Source: Azolla caroliniana
Taxonomy: Eukaryota; Plantae; Polypodiophyta
Assembly: GCA_043228905.1 (NCBI GenBank)
Contig: JBHGNT010000008.1
Location: 18,662,001 to 18,726,000 of the forward strand
DNA: 64,000 nucleotides
Reading direction: 5' to 3'
A model generated the notes under the pieces. The model did no database searches. It was not told the origin of the DNA and was given only the letters and a program-made list of their open reading frames with translations. Of this stretch, positions 14,901 to 27,571 are shown in pieces. Made by a program: the position numbers and the translations under genes. Positions within the stretch are counted from its first letter, which is position 1. The number at the start of each line of letters is the position of its first letter.

Positions 14901-17900
14901 ACTTGACAATAAAAAGGGGATAATAAAATAGAGAGTTGAGAGAGACTTGACAGTAATAAATTTTCATTGGAGATCTTGATTCTTTACCAAATAAATAAAT
15001 AAAATAAAATAATTTTTAGCTTTATTTTTAATAAATAAATAAAATAAAAGAAAGGTTCATTAATTCTTCACCTTTTCTTTTCCCAAAATTTATGGATATT
15101 TTTACGTGACATTAAAATTGAGACTTCACATTAATCATGTTTTCATAGTAAATAAAAAAATATTCGTTTTTTAAAAATAAAAAAATCAATTATTTAAATA
15201 AAATAAAGGTTCATAAACTCTCCTCTTTTTTTATTTGACACTAGAAAGGAGAGTTTATACTAATCATATTTTTATAAATTATTAATGAATAATTGTTCTT
15301 TTTTTTAGTGAATTAAATTGATTTATTTTTAAATTAATTAATTAATTAATTGTTTGTATATTTATTTTACAAAACGAATGGTTTTTAAATATTCTTAGGG
15401 CCATTTTGTATTCTCGAATATTGAGAATATCACGCATGGAGAATATGGCGAATATCACGCATGTGTCAATCTATGGATACAATATACGAGGGAGCCTACA
15501 ACAGATAATGAATATAAAGCTATTTTAGATTTCTTTGTGAGCCTCCACATCTAAATGGAATAGAGATGTGTGGTGATGTAAATATGTTAGAGATGTCCAT
15601 CACACATGACTCAATATCAAGCATGGGGAGGGTTTTAGTGTCCCCAAAGACGATCTAGAACACAAGCATACCCCTCCTACTAAGAAGGTAAATCTATTGA
15701 AATATTGGAACTCATGAATTTGATCTTGATTATGGTTGAGGAGCAATTTTAAATTAGATTTATCCAACATGTATAAACTCCCAAAAGAAGAACAAAAGTC
15801 TGTTCACATTGAGCAATATATCCTGACACCTGCATGGACAATTGAGCTATTCCAGTTGATGGCCCTTTAAAATTCAACTGCAAAAGGCTATATTCACACC
15901 TTTTAAGAGGCCAATAAGACCAAACAAGAGGTTACATGTCACGATGTTTTTCGTCTTTCAGAACAAGAAACAAAAAATAAACACGACTAAACATATGATA
16001 TTAGGGAATGCTGCATATCCAAGAATGTTTGATATGTAGATGTACTGATAAAAGATCTCCAACATGGGCTGCCAATATGGAGAGATATTTGAAGTAAGGG
16101 AAGCACCTGTGGTGGCAGGTGACTAATGGTGTTTAATAACGAAATATTGATCTTTCAAAACTGAGAAGATGGAAGAGTTCCAAGACAGTTTGGGGTACAA
16201 TGATGAGGGGACACCACATTTATAGAATAACTGTGAAGAATGAAACAGCTTCAAGATGACTAAGGAATTTTTATTTAAAGGGTGAATCATTTCTTTAAGG
16301 AATACATCTATGACTATAACTATCTATCTTCTAATATCTTTTCTCAGTAATTCTTTACAGTATGTACTGAATGTCACCTAGGAGTCAGCATTCTATCTTG
16401 GTAGAAAAAGCAATCCTTTATATACCACCTCTAAGACAACTGTGAGCAGGGATCAATTTCATGAATCAACTGAGCTTGCTTGAGTGAAACTGATTCAAAT
16501 AAGTGGATAGTCAAACTTTTTCAACAAGAGCAACATTGAATACCAAAAGATTGTAGGAATACATTAAGTAGGTATCGTGAAGGGAATCAACTCTGTAAAA
16601 CAATGCTAGCAACAAAATATCATGAAAACACTTACATCAACCATGCCAAGTGGAGCAGCAACAGCAACACTGGAGGTATATGCACTCCAACACGGGCGCC
16701 ATGTAGAAAAGGCTCGTCTTTGTAAGGAAGTCCCACATCCTGTATATTGTTTCTCAAGAGAAAACCATCCTACAAAAAGCAAAAGAAATCCAGAAATTAC
16801 CCAGAAAGCAAAAGGAAATGTATTTCAGAATGGCTGGACCTTCACCTTCCATAAATGACTTCCAACAATGACGACCTCCAGTCTTCAAGGAGTGGAATGG
16901 AGCCATTAGATAATGAATACCAGATCCTCTTTCGCGCACTTGAAGACATTTCACATGATTGGATATCATCTTAGACATTCTTGACTCATCCAGTGAATTT
17001 TGTGATGCTGCTAAGCTTGGATCCTCAAGAACAGCACCATTTTCCAAAGAAGCTTTATCTTTCCAAGTTCTAGGACCTGAATTTTCCAACAGATAAACTG
17101 CAAATTATTAATCGATACATAGCAACCTGCCATTCAGGTTAAAGCTAGAATATGACGTACCTGTTTCTATCTCAGAAAATGCCCAAGAAAGAACCATGTT
17201 ATAGGACTTGTCCTTTCCTGTTCTTCTTTTCTTTACAGACTTTGTGTCCGAATTAGACCTGGATGGCATGCTATCTGCTAACCTCTTTCTCAGACTACTC
17301 TCAGGTTCCTCGTTTGACAGGTTTTGGACATCAAAAGCAGGCCTTGATGCACTTCCTGAACCACCAGCGTGATTAAAATTGTCTCCAGATGGCATTGCAG
17401 AAGTACTTGGCCTATCCAAGGTTTCAGGAGATACTAATCTCATTTGATCCCTCATCTGACCGATTTGAACCAGCAATTGTGCCTGCAACTCAGATAGACT
17501 GTACCAAAAACATCACTCTAATTCACTGGGACTAATATATAATAATAAATGAGCAATTCATGCAAGACCCAAATCATATATGAGCATTTATGATGCAAAT
17601 TCAGTTGTGAAGGATATGATGAATCAGAAAGATAGTCAACATATGTATTATCAAGACAGTTTCCTGTCAGAATGGCATAGAGAAGACAAACAGGAAGAAT
17701 ACAAGAAGAGCATTCATACAACCAAATAAGCATAATTAGATGTGCCCTAATCAAATATTTTTTAAATTCCAATACCATTCTAGCATTTGCAAAAAGATGT
17801 CAATTCTAGAATAGACAAAAATGAATGTATGGTTTTTTACATTTTTAAGGCTTGCAGAAAATTTCTGATTCCAAAAAAGTTAGGTCTAATGTGAAAAAAG

Positions 17901-20900
17901 GATCTTGAAATTAAATCTAGATAGTATATGGATCTGGAAGTTAAATTCTGCTGTAAATTATATGAGTGTAAAAGTAGTCGACTAATGCATTATCCTTACA
18001 TCGTCCTGTCAGCACATAAAGAAGATAAACAGGAAGAACACAAGAAGTGCATTCACAAGATCAAATACATATGATTCATTGCGTCCCAATAAAATATTTC
18101 TAAAGTCAAATACCATTCTAGCATTTGCAAAATATGCCAATTCTAGAATAGGAGGACAACTTTTACAGTTTTCTACATTTCAAATGCTGCCAGAAACATT
18201 CCTCTTGTTACATAAAGTGATTTTAAAAGATAACAGAGCATACAATGCAGAGAAAAAAACAAATTTCACATAAATGATTCCAAAACATTTAGGTTTAATA
18301 AGAAAGAAGGATCTTGAAATTGAATCTGAATAGGTATATATCTCTCCCTCAAGAACAAGAAAGTGTTGAAAGGAGACCAATATTGATATAACTAATCTAC
18401 AAAGCCAGAAAATAGGGAAACGAGGAATACATTGCCATGGCTGGCAATCATCAAAGATTTCAGTACATCCCAAGAAGACAAGAGCTGCACCATGGTGAAT
18501 ATCATATATTTATAGTTAGTGAACCAAAAGCAAAGAAGCCTATAAATAGGGAAATGGGGATCAACGATTTCGGAACATCTCAAGAAGATAACTTTAATAG
18601 ATGATATGTGCACCATGGTGAAGATCATATGTTTATAATAAGTGAATCAAAAGCAAAGAAGCCTACATATCATATCTTCTTCTAGCTTCCACCTTATCCA
18701 TAATGGTTGCCATTCCAAGATTCGTTGACTTAACAGAACATATGCCTGTAGATAAAAAAAATAAGTGTCGTAAGAAATCATGATGTTTCGAGAAACCCAG
18801 GTAATCTAATTTTAAGTAGTGCATTGGATGAGCCCTAAAGAGTTGAGATACAAGAATTATCTACAAGTATTAGACACCTATGAAGCCACATTTTGGACTT
18901 CACATATAAATTATTTTATTAAAATTTTCTTTACAGATTAAAGCATTGAGTTATTAATATATTTAGGGTCATCGCATACATTGGCAACCTCACCTTTAGT
19001 ATTTCCCTTCTGCAACAGCAAAGACCCCTGACAAAGATGTTTCTGTTAGAAACCATTCCATGTATGGGAAGGCAGGATATTAATTTCTTTTGAGTAATTT
19101 AGATGTTGAAGACCTAAGATATTAGATTGTAAGGTAAATGGGTTCCCACATAATGTGCATAAGGTGCATGCAACAATAGTAAAAGAGCTGGAGTAATAGA
19201 TAAGGGGACTCTATACAGAGACCCCATATGGTGGAAATACTCACATTCAGTTTTGCCTTTCCACTTACAGTCTTAATGGTGTCCCCTATAGAGCAAAGTT
19301 ATTGTAAGAACATGGGAATTTAACAAATACTACACTGAATAAGTCAATATATATGTACCAGGAACAATGGTATCAGATTCTGCCTTCAGAACCTGCCGTG
19401 CTTTCTTCTTCCTCTTCTTTTTCTTTTCATCAAGTCTTAGCTGTGCAGCACAGAAAATGGTAAGCTCAGAATGAATCAAACTGCATTAAACATGCAAAAC
19501 TATAAGAAATTCTAACTTGTCACTTTTTGTACCGATATTCACATTGTATAGAGGGCTATGAAAATCTAACCTGCCCAAAATATATTCAACATCAAAACGT
19601 TGACAATTTTTAAATATGAAATTTCATCCAAACTTTGAATAGCTGCAAACAGAAAGTATTGGCCTCAAAAAAGATAGCATCATACCCCTAATTACATTGG
19701 TTTTTCTCAGGAACTCAAGGTCTACTAAAAGCACTTTGCTCATCAATGATGATGGTATGACTAAAGATTTAAGAGACTTTCTCTTCTGCCACATAAATAG
19801 TTTCAACTTTCAACATTGCAATTCTAAAGATTAAGGAGGTTTCATTTTAGAAAGAAATTGGACCAGCAGCAATGCACAAGGCTAGAGATGCCTAACACTT
19901 CCAACGCATAGAAATGTAAAAGGCATCATGGAGAGAAGAAATATGACCACCCTAGATATGAATCGAGGCACAGTAAACCTTCCTCTGACTTCGTCTTAAC
20001 ATAGAGTAAAAAAGATGTCCAAATCATTGTTCATGCCTGTGATTCCAAAGCTAATCTTTGTAGATTGATATTTGGGTTCAAAGAGAATATGCTTCTTTAT
20101 GGAAGTTTAAAAATCTTCTCTTCATTGGTTCCCAACTGGTTAGGTCTTACACTTTCTGAACCCTTTTCCTAGATCCTGAGCTGTTTAAAAAGGTTGCTTT
20201 CAAAAAGCCTATACAGAACTACTTGCAAAAATACTTCAAATTGGCATCCAGCTTCCTAGGAACATTTTATATGTATTTAGGAGTTTATAAGTGATACAAG
20301 TATGATGTTCACAAATAGCAACATAAAAGCTTTTACATTTAGTTTCTTAAGAGTTTAGATGCTTCAAGCATTACAATTTCATTTTCAGGAAATACTTTCC
20401 TACAAAGATGAAAATTCCTTCGTGTCTTGCATTTGAATATCATTGCCTGTTTTAATTTTTTTAGATTCTAAATAATCCATGACATTAACTTTTTTCAAAA
20501 AAATTATCAATTATCCCTTTTTTCAAAAAAACTTAACATTGGCCTCATATTACAAAATAAAAATATTGAAAATGAATCTAAAAACAGTAACATATCTCAC
20601 CATTGCAACTTTCAGAGCTTGCTTCTTCTTCTTTTTTAGTAAATTATTGTGGCACTTCTGAACATAACGGAACAGGTGTTGGCGTGTATGTTCTTTTAAC
20701 AACTCCTCTCTTAGACATGGATTACCCTCTAGCCACGCTTCTATTGCTTTTGCTCCAACAAGTGAATCCAAATCTAGGCTCTCAAGCCATTTATAAACAG
20801 GCATCCATTTCTCACTCCGTTGGAATCTAGCAGCTGGTTGTCCAGGAACCTCCAGATGATCTATCTGAGATATAATATCCATGAGGCATAAAACAACATA

Positions 20901-22644
20901 ATATATCAAAACTAAGCATATATACAAGTCGTAAAATCAATATTATACCATTTGCCTTCTAAAATCCAAAATTCCATATCAACAAATTTTCAGAAACATG
21001 AAGTGATGTGCCTATTTTCAATAATAGGGATTCTCTACTCAATAATGACCATCATTGCACATTTAAGTTGGATACTCATGATAATTCACCTTCAGAAGTT
21101 CAACCTCTCAGCTGTCTATGTAATGGTCTTGCATTCCAGCTTCTAAACCAAATACGTCCCATTGAAACTTAATTTGTGAACCCTACGGCATGATATATAC
21201 CTGTGCATATGAATGTTTTGCAACCAAGGTTCTTGATCACAATCTTATTACATGAAAATTCTTGATGTATAAATCTCAATTGCATTCCTGTCTATATGAA
21301 GTGTTTGCTCTTCATCAAAATCGCCAAAGAAAGTTCCCTTTATGAAACCCTACAGTTTGATGCATCACTGTCTATATGATGGTTTTGCAACCCAGGTTCT
21401 GGATCAAGATAAATACTTCACCTCGTTATGGGTCTGTAAAGCTTGATGTGGTGATTTGCATCCTAGGCCCTTGATGAGACGTTATTGCTAAATGAATGTA
21501 TCTTTCGAAAACTCACTTCCAGACCCCTGACATTTGATGGCTTTTGAACATCCGTTCTTGATCGAGAGGGATGTTTCCACTTAACTTCTAAGTCTTGATG
21601 CATCTGTGTCTATGTGATTGTTTTGCATGCACGCTTCTTGATCAAGACACTATTGCCAATTACCCAAAACTTATGTCCGAGCAACAAGTCCTATGTACTT
21701 TAGAAAACTTGAATTATATAGCAAACAGCTCTGGCCTAGATGTGGAGATGTGGCTCTTCTTCTATTCACGAAACTAACCCAATAAACTAAGAGCTCCTAC
21801 ATACTTAAGACACTCAAATTATCTGGCTAGAATAAAAACAAAAATGATCTACACTAGATGTAAGAGAAACAAAGAGAATTCTCACCTGTTCAACTCTTCG
21901 TACCAGTTTATGCTGAGTGACAAGCAAGTGGAAAAGCTGTGTTCTTGGCATAGTGATGATCTCTCTAGAGAGCTTCTCTTCATTTATCCTTATCCACTCC
22001 TCTACTTCCTCAAGCAAGACGTTTCTTCGTCGGGGCAGCGTCCATAGCCACGCTCGTGCTGCATTCCATCCGTTCTTCTCTCGATCATCGTCAAATATGT
22101 ATTCACCCTGCTGCTTCTCCTCCTCTTTCATATGATCAAACCCTAAACCACTTGGAACAATTGCTAGACTACTCTGACCAAACCCTAACCCATCCTGTTC
22201 CCCATCACCATTACATATATGTTCCAACATCACTTCATCACCATCACCTTCCCCATTTCCATCCCCCTCACCATCACAATCACCATCACCATCCCCATCC
22301 CCATCCCCATCACCATCCCCATCCCCATCCCCATCACCGTCACCATCACCATCACCATCACCATCACCATCACCATCACCATCACCTTCCCCGTCACCGT
22401 CACCATCACCATCACCATCATCATCACCACCACCACCCTCACCATCACCAAGCTTCTCGTTTTCTCCAGGAGTAAGGGAATCGTGATGGGGTTCACAATC
22501 TCCTGCATCAACGTCGCAGGGCGAAGCTTCCATGACCGCTGGTTGCTCTGCAACCAGGGGACCATTTCCTAGGGTTTGCTCTCCACAGTTGTTGTCCATT
22601 GGGGGCATGGCCAAAGAATTGGAATGGGTATTTGGGGGGTTCAT
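8915..22644 (-). CDS. WD40-repeat protein (~1066 aa, 22 exons) with N-terminal (GD)n tract, two Trp-patterned helical domains and Lys-rich NLS-like runs
   Basis: Exons (minus): 21886-22644, 20601-20864, 19359-19440, 19245-19285, 18994-19027, 18667-18745, 17161-17498, 16846-17097, 16636-16739, 12878-12952, 12232-12303, 12010-12075, 11612-11729, 11419-11515, 11176-11332, 11056-11104, 10900-10982, 10579-10805, 9378-9464, 9211-9286, 9080-9136, 8915-8998. All introns are GT-AG, phases are consistent and the total is 3201 nt. WD motifs include [51 protein letters not shown] and [27 protein letters not shown]. Confidence 0.9.
13690..13810 (+). repeat. Dispersed repeat (copies at ~13690-13810 +, ~15900-15985 +, ~35595-35700 -)
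   Basis: Shared core GGCCAATAAGACCAAACAAGAGATTACATCTTAA. The third copy abuts the LINE RT fragment. Confidence 0.7.
14752..15475. mobile_element. Non-autonomous hAT-type MITE (724 bp) in a WD40 intron
   Basis: TIRs CATAGATTGACA...TGTCAATCTATG, perfect 8-bp TSD GATACAAT (14744-14751 and 15476-15483), AT-rich core and ATTCG/CGAAT subterminal motifs. Confidence 0.92.
17655..18330 (+). repeat. Degenerate intronic tandem duplication (~345-bp period)
   Basis: TCCTGTCAG..AAACAGGAAGAA..AATACCATTCTAGCATTTGCAAAA..GGATCTTGAAATT occurs at ~17660-17915 and ~18004-18325. Confidence 0.75.
22240..22445 (-). repeat. Coding hexamer repeat (GGTGAT/GGGGAT)n encoding (Gly-Asp)n
   Basis: In frame within WD40 exon 1. 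It produces the spurious poly-H, (IT)n and (VM)n ORFs. Confidence 0.9.
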
Positions 22645-22879
22645 TTAAGCCTTAAAAAAATGACTGTCTCAAAACCAATTTGGTGGTGGGGGGCCTTAAT
22701 ACTTCAAAATAATACATGCTAATAATAATGGAGACTCTATGTAGAGATTAGCTGACAAGTTAAGGGAAAGGATCGATGAGAGCATACAGAAATAGAGAGA
22801 GAGAGAGATGGCCAATGCAACATATGGCCAGCAGAACTCTTATGAAGCTCCCCTGAGAGTTCCCAGATCGGCTTGAAGA

Positions 22880-23280
22880 ATAAACAATGGAGGTATGCGG
22901 CCGACTTCGTACTTATTCAGTAGTTTGTCGGGTTATAGGATTTGCGGTCGAATAGAGGCGACTTACATGTCAAGCAACCTTTCAACCTCGTGTATTGGTC
23001 AAATACTCGATGCTCAATCTTTATGGGAAATGGGTTCTATCGTATTGAAGTGGATACGGTTGAGTCGACTGAGGTGATGTTGAAGGAGAACATGATCGGC
23101 GTAAGGGATGCGGCTGCCCGTTTTTTGTCATGGAAATTGTCCTTTGATCTCGTATAGATTTTCAACTCATCCCATCTTTTGATCCTGATTTCTATTGTTT
23201 TTCCAAAGGTTCCTAAGGAGTACATGTCCATACTTCTGCCAATTGTATCACAAATCGGTATAGTTTTACCTCCTTGTGCA
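22880..23280 (+). mobile_element. Probable LINE ORF1 (DUF4283-like) remnant
   Basis: Peptide fragments MGNGFYRIEVD...ARFLSWKLSFD...LPIVSQIG resemble plant L1 ORF1. Frames are broken. Confidence 0.45.
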
Positions 23281-23379
23281 ACAATCTAGTGGTCCCTCTT
23301 CCTCAATGAAAATAGAGAAAATCAATTCAACATGTGACAAGATTGACACTTTGGTCTTACACGATGTGACCACACATGC

Positions 23380-26300
23380 TAAGGTGATATATGGTTTTTT
23401 CTCCATCCCATATGTGGTTGTTTGACTCCAGTGCCTGATTTCATGTGACTCCACATAGACAGTGGTTCACATGCTATGAAGCCAAGTCACTTGGCAAAGT
23501 TAGACTTGGAGACTTGCATCGATGTGATGTGATTGGTATTGGAGATATCTCAATGCAAGTGATGGTTCTCATCTCTACCATGAAAGATGTACGCCATGTT
23601 CTCCAACTAACTCATAGTTTAATGTCTATTGGTTAGCTTGATGACAACGACTATAAGGTGATATTTGCTTCCTAATCCTTTCGTATAACGAAAGGAAATA
23701 TTATTATTGGAAAGTAAACAAAGTTGGTTACCTCTACCCACTATTTGTTCATCAAACAGAACATCTTTTGGTTGTCACATACCAACCTATGACCAACATT
23801 TGGTATGCCCATTAGGCCACATGTTCTTTCCCTCTATGGACACTTACTTAAGTTGTCATTTTTTTATTTTACATTACGTGAACATTGCCAACATGGTAAG
23901 CAAACTATAAATGCACATAAGACCTGTGTTAACTCATCCACTAGACCATTGGATATTGTTCACACGGATGTTTGTGGAACTATGCCCACAAGATCTTTGG
24001 GTAGTGCATTGTATTTTGTCACTTTCATTGATGATGCCACTAGGATAGTTTAGGATTATCCGATTAAGCGAAAGGATGATGTATATCGTTATTTCAAAAA
24101 ATGGCTTGCTTTAGTTGATTTTCGAAAAGCCTAAGACTTTACAGTCAGACAATGGAGGTGAGGATACCTCTCACAAATTTGGTAACTTTTGTAAGTCTAG
24201 GGGCATTTGGAGACAGTTTACGACTCCTTACACCCATGTCTAGAATGGTGTGGCTAAGAGGATGAATAGAATCATCCAGGAGAGAGTTGTCTTTGTGGTA
24301 CACCATGCAAACCTCTCACAATGTTTTTGGGTGAAGCTATTTTAATAGCGGTCCATGTAATTAATCTATCACCGAACACAACCACGAGCCTGAAAGTGGC
24401 ACAAGAGTTGTGGACGGGTAAGACACCTCATTATGATCACCTTAGAGTCTTTGGATGTGAAGCATATGTACACATTCCAAAATAATCAAGGAAAAAATTG
24501 GAATACAAATGTAGAATATGTATTTTCCTTGGTTATGGTGATTTGGATATCAACTATGGCGTCCTGACACACATATTGTGGAATAGAAGTAGCGATGACA
24601 TTTTTAATGAGAATAAAATGCATAATTAATCCATAAAGGAGGTAGAAGTGAGAAAGATTGTGTTTAAGGATATTGTACCTTTTGTTAAGGTAAAACAAAA
24701 GAACTCCATTGATGTAAATGCTTCTACATGTGATCAATCATGTAAAATTGTCGTTGGTCAGCATGATGATGCCCAAAATAATGACGCTTAACACAACGAC
24801 GTGCAACATGATGATGTTCAACAAGATTATGCTCAAAATGATGTTTCCCATGCACAACCTGATGGTATTCAGGTTTAGGAATCATTAAGGAGATCTATGT
24901 GTGTCTCTAAACCACCTCATAGATTTATTGATCATGTAATGCTAACATATGTCGGTGAGCCTTTACCTCACCATGAAGCCATATCTATGTATGATCATGC
25001 TAAGTGGAAACAAGCAATGCAAAATGAGTTCAATCATATCCATAAGAATGGAACTTGGGATTTAATGCCTTTGCCCAAAGGTAGGAAAGCACTACCATGT
25101 AAATGGGTGTATAAGTACAAATACGCATTCGATAATGTTATTCCTAAATATAAAGCTCACATTGTGGCAAAAGGTTTTAAACAAGAACAAGGAATTGATT
25201 TTGATGAAACATTCTCTTCGATAGTCAAGTTGTTTATGTTATACTTGCATCGGTTACCAAAAATGATATTGATTCATTTCAAATGGATGTAAAAAGTGTT
25301 TCTTTGCATGGAGATCTCGATGAAGAGATCTATATGGAGCAACCAAAGGATTATGAAGTTTATAGGAAAATGCCTTTGGTACGTAAATGTTTATATGATC
25401 TTAAGCAATCTCCTCGAAAGTGGTATAAAAAATTCGATACTTATATGAGGTCCAAAAGTTATGATTGGAGCAATGAAGACTCAATTTTGATACTCTATGT
25501 AGATGACATGTTCATCGCAGCAAAAACAAGGATGAGTTGTCCAAACTTGAAAATTTTGAGTCAAACTTTCGACATGAAAAGTTTGGGAACTGCAAAACAC
25601 ATCCGTGGCATGCATACTACTTAGGAGAGGAGTAATGAATGTACTTATTTGTCTCAATTTGAGTATGTATGCAAAATACTCAAGAAGTTTAATATGGAGA
25701 GTGCAAAACCTTTGAGCACACCATTATCTATGCATGTTTAATTGAGCAAAGATAAATACCCCAAATTTGATGATGAAAAGGTGTTCATGAGTAAATTCCT
25801 TACCAATATGTTGTCGGTAGTCTTATGTACGCTATGATAGCAACTAGGCTAGACATTATATTTGTAGTGGGAGTTGTTGTTATGGGCATGACCATATAAT
25901 ATCCCATGGTGAGAATTTACCATAGTATTCTATACACGTGGATAAGTGTGAGGGTTAAACGAGAGTGTAAAGAAGGGGAGGATTACTTTTAATCCTCGGG
26001 ATTGAAACAACCCATTAGGCCAAGTGTGAACTTGCCCGGGGGCCTTGGGTATCGCTATAAATAAGAGGCCTAACTACCCTCATTTCATCATCTTTTGACT
26101 ACGTCGAGACTCTGTTTCGTGGTGGTTCAACTCTTGTAGCGAGCGTGCCAGCACCAGGTACGTCTCGACGCCACGACGATGGTATGGGACGCCAATCGAG
26201 GCTCGAGTCTGTCTCGATCCCTTCACTCGGGGGTGGTCGGGTGGATCGACACCTTTCTTTCTCTCTCTCCTTTCTATCTATCTATCTATCATTCTTTTCT

Positions 26301-26920
26301 CATTATCATATGCTTACATTAGATCCTATCTCTAATAGCTGTGAGTAGATTTTTTTTCAAACCCTAGCATTGGGAAACAATTAAAATGATACTAAGATAT
26401 TTGAGTGGCAACAAGAAAAAGTATCTATGTTTAGGTGGTGAACCTGCATCCATTATTGGATTTACGGATTTTGATTACGTTGCTTAGTCCAACATAATAA
26501 AATCTACTTTAAGGTACATTTTTCAGCTTATGGAAGGTGCCACAACTTGGAGATCTCGTCTCCAAGAGTGTATTGCCTTGCAGAAGTAGAGTATGTTGCA
26601 ACTAGTGCATCATGTAAAGAAGCTGTATAGCTTTCCAAATTAGCTTGTGACATTGGCATACCTTAGCTTGTAACTATACTATTTTATGATAGTCAAAGTG
26701 CCATTGCATTGGCTAAGAACCCAATATACCATGCAAAGACCAAGTACATTGGAGTGCGATACCACTTCATCCACGAATACATAATTGCTGGCTACATTAG
26801 CCTTGAGAAGGTTGTCTCTCAAGGAAATGTCGCAAATGCATTAACTGAAGCTCTACCGCATGATGTGCTAGATCATTGTTGTCATTTGATAAGAATTACT
26901 TGGTTCTTCGGGTTACACAA
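23380..26920 (+). mobile_element. Decayed Ty1/copia pol (protease-integrase-RT-RNaseH), no own LTRs found
   Basis: Protease WLFDSSA/HVTPHRQWF..VRLGD; integrase PLDIVHTDVCG..YFVTFIDDATR; RT WKQAMQNEF..GTWDL..CKWVYK..VAKGFKQEQGIDFDETFS, MDVKS..GDLDEEIYMEQP and LYVDDM; RNaseH AKNPIYHAKTKYIGVRYHFI. Copia domain order, with many stops and frameshifts. Confidence 0.95.
25878..26337 (+). mobile_element. Solo LTR (460 bp) nested in the copia RT
   Basis: Starts TGTTA and ends ...TAATA (decayed CA). Flanked by GTTGT/GCTGT (5-bp TSD, 1 mismatch). Removing it restores copia GVV-SRF..NP..HW. TATA box GCTATAAATA at ~26054. Confidence 0.8.
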
Positions 26921-27571
26921 TTGTTTTATGTATATTGCGTATCATATTCATCAAGTAGGATGTGCAGGTCTTGTACAATCTTCCCATCAACTTTGCCGAT
27001 TCTTTTTGGCCTTTTTGTGATAGATTGATACATAGTGAGAATGGCAAAAAAGGTAATTCTTTGCCCAACGTTGATCAATGTTTTGTTATGTATACATACT
27101 GCTTTACCTATTAAAAAGTAAAATGAATCATTTGGATCAAATGTTCACAAGATACACAAGCCATTCTGGTTCTTCATTAAATTAACAAGAGAATAAATTA
27201 GTAATGATTCATTCGGATCAAATGTTCACAAGATAAACAAAGCCATTTTGGTTCTCGGTGAAATCAACAAGAGAATAATATACTAATGTAGGTCGTAGAA
27301 TAGAATATGTAAGCACATCAGTTACCACATGGACGATCTATGAAGACTTTCATGACATACATCTATGCATCATGTAGATATTCAACATGTTCATTGTGTA
27401 AATCTAGTTTTCATCTAGATATTAAACATGTTTTATGTATAAAGTCTTCAATCTTACATTTCCATCATACAAATCTTCAATCCTAAATTTCAGTCTTGCC
27501 TCCCTTTCTATGAAGACTATCATGACATTCAAGTGCAATCCCTACTTTTAGGAAAAGGAAACAACAAAAGG

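Noticed and set aside
22056-22572. Poly-His, (IT)n and (VM)n ORFs
   Set aside because: Alternative frames of the (GD)n coding repeat.
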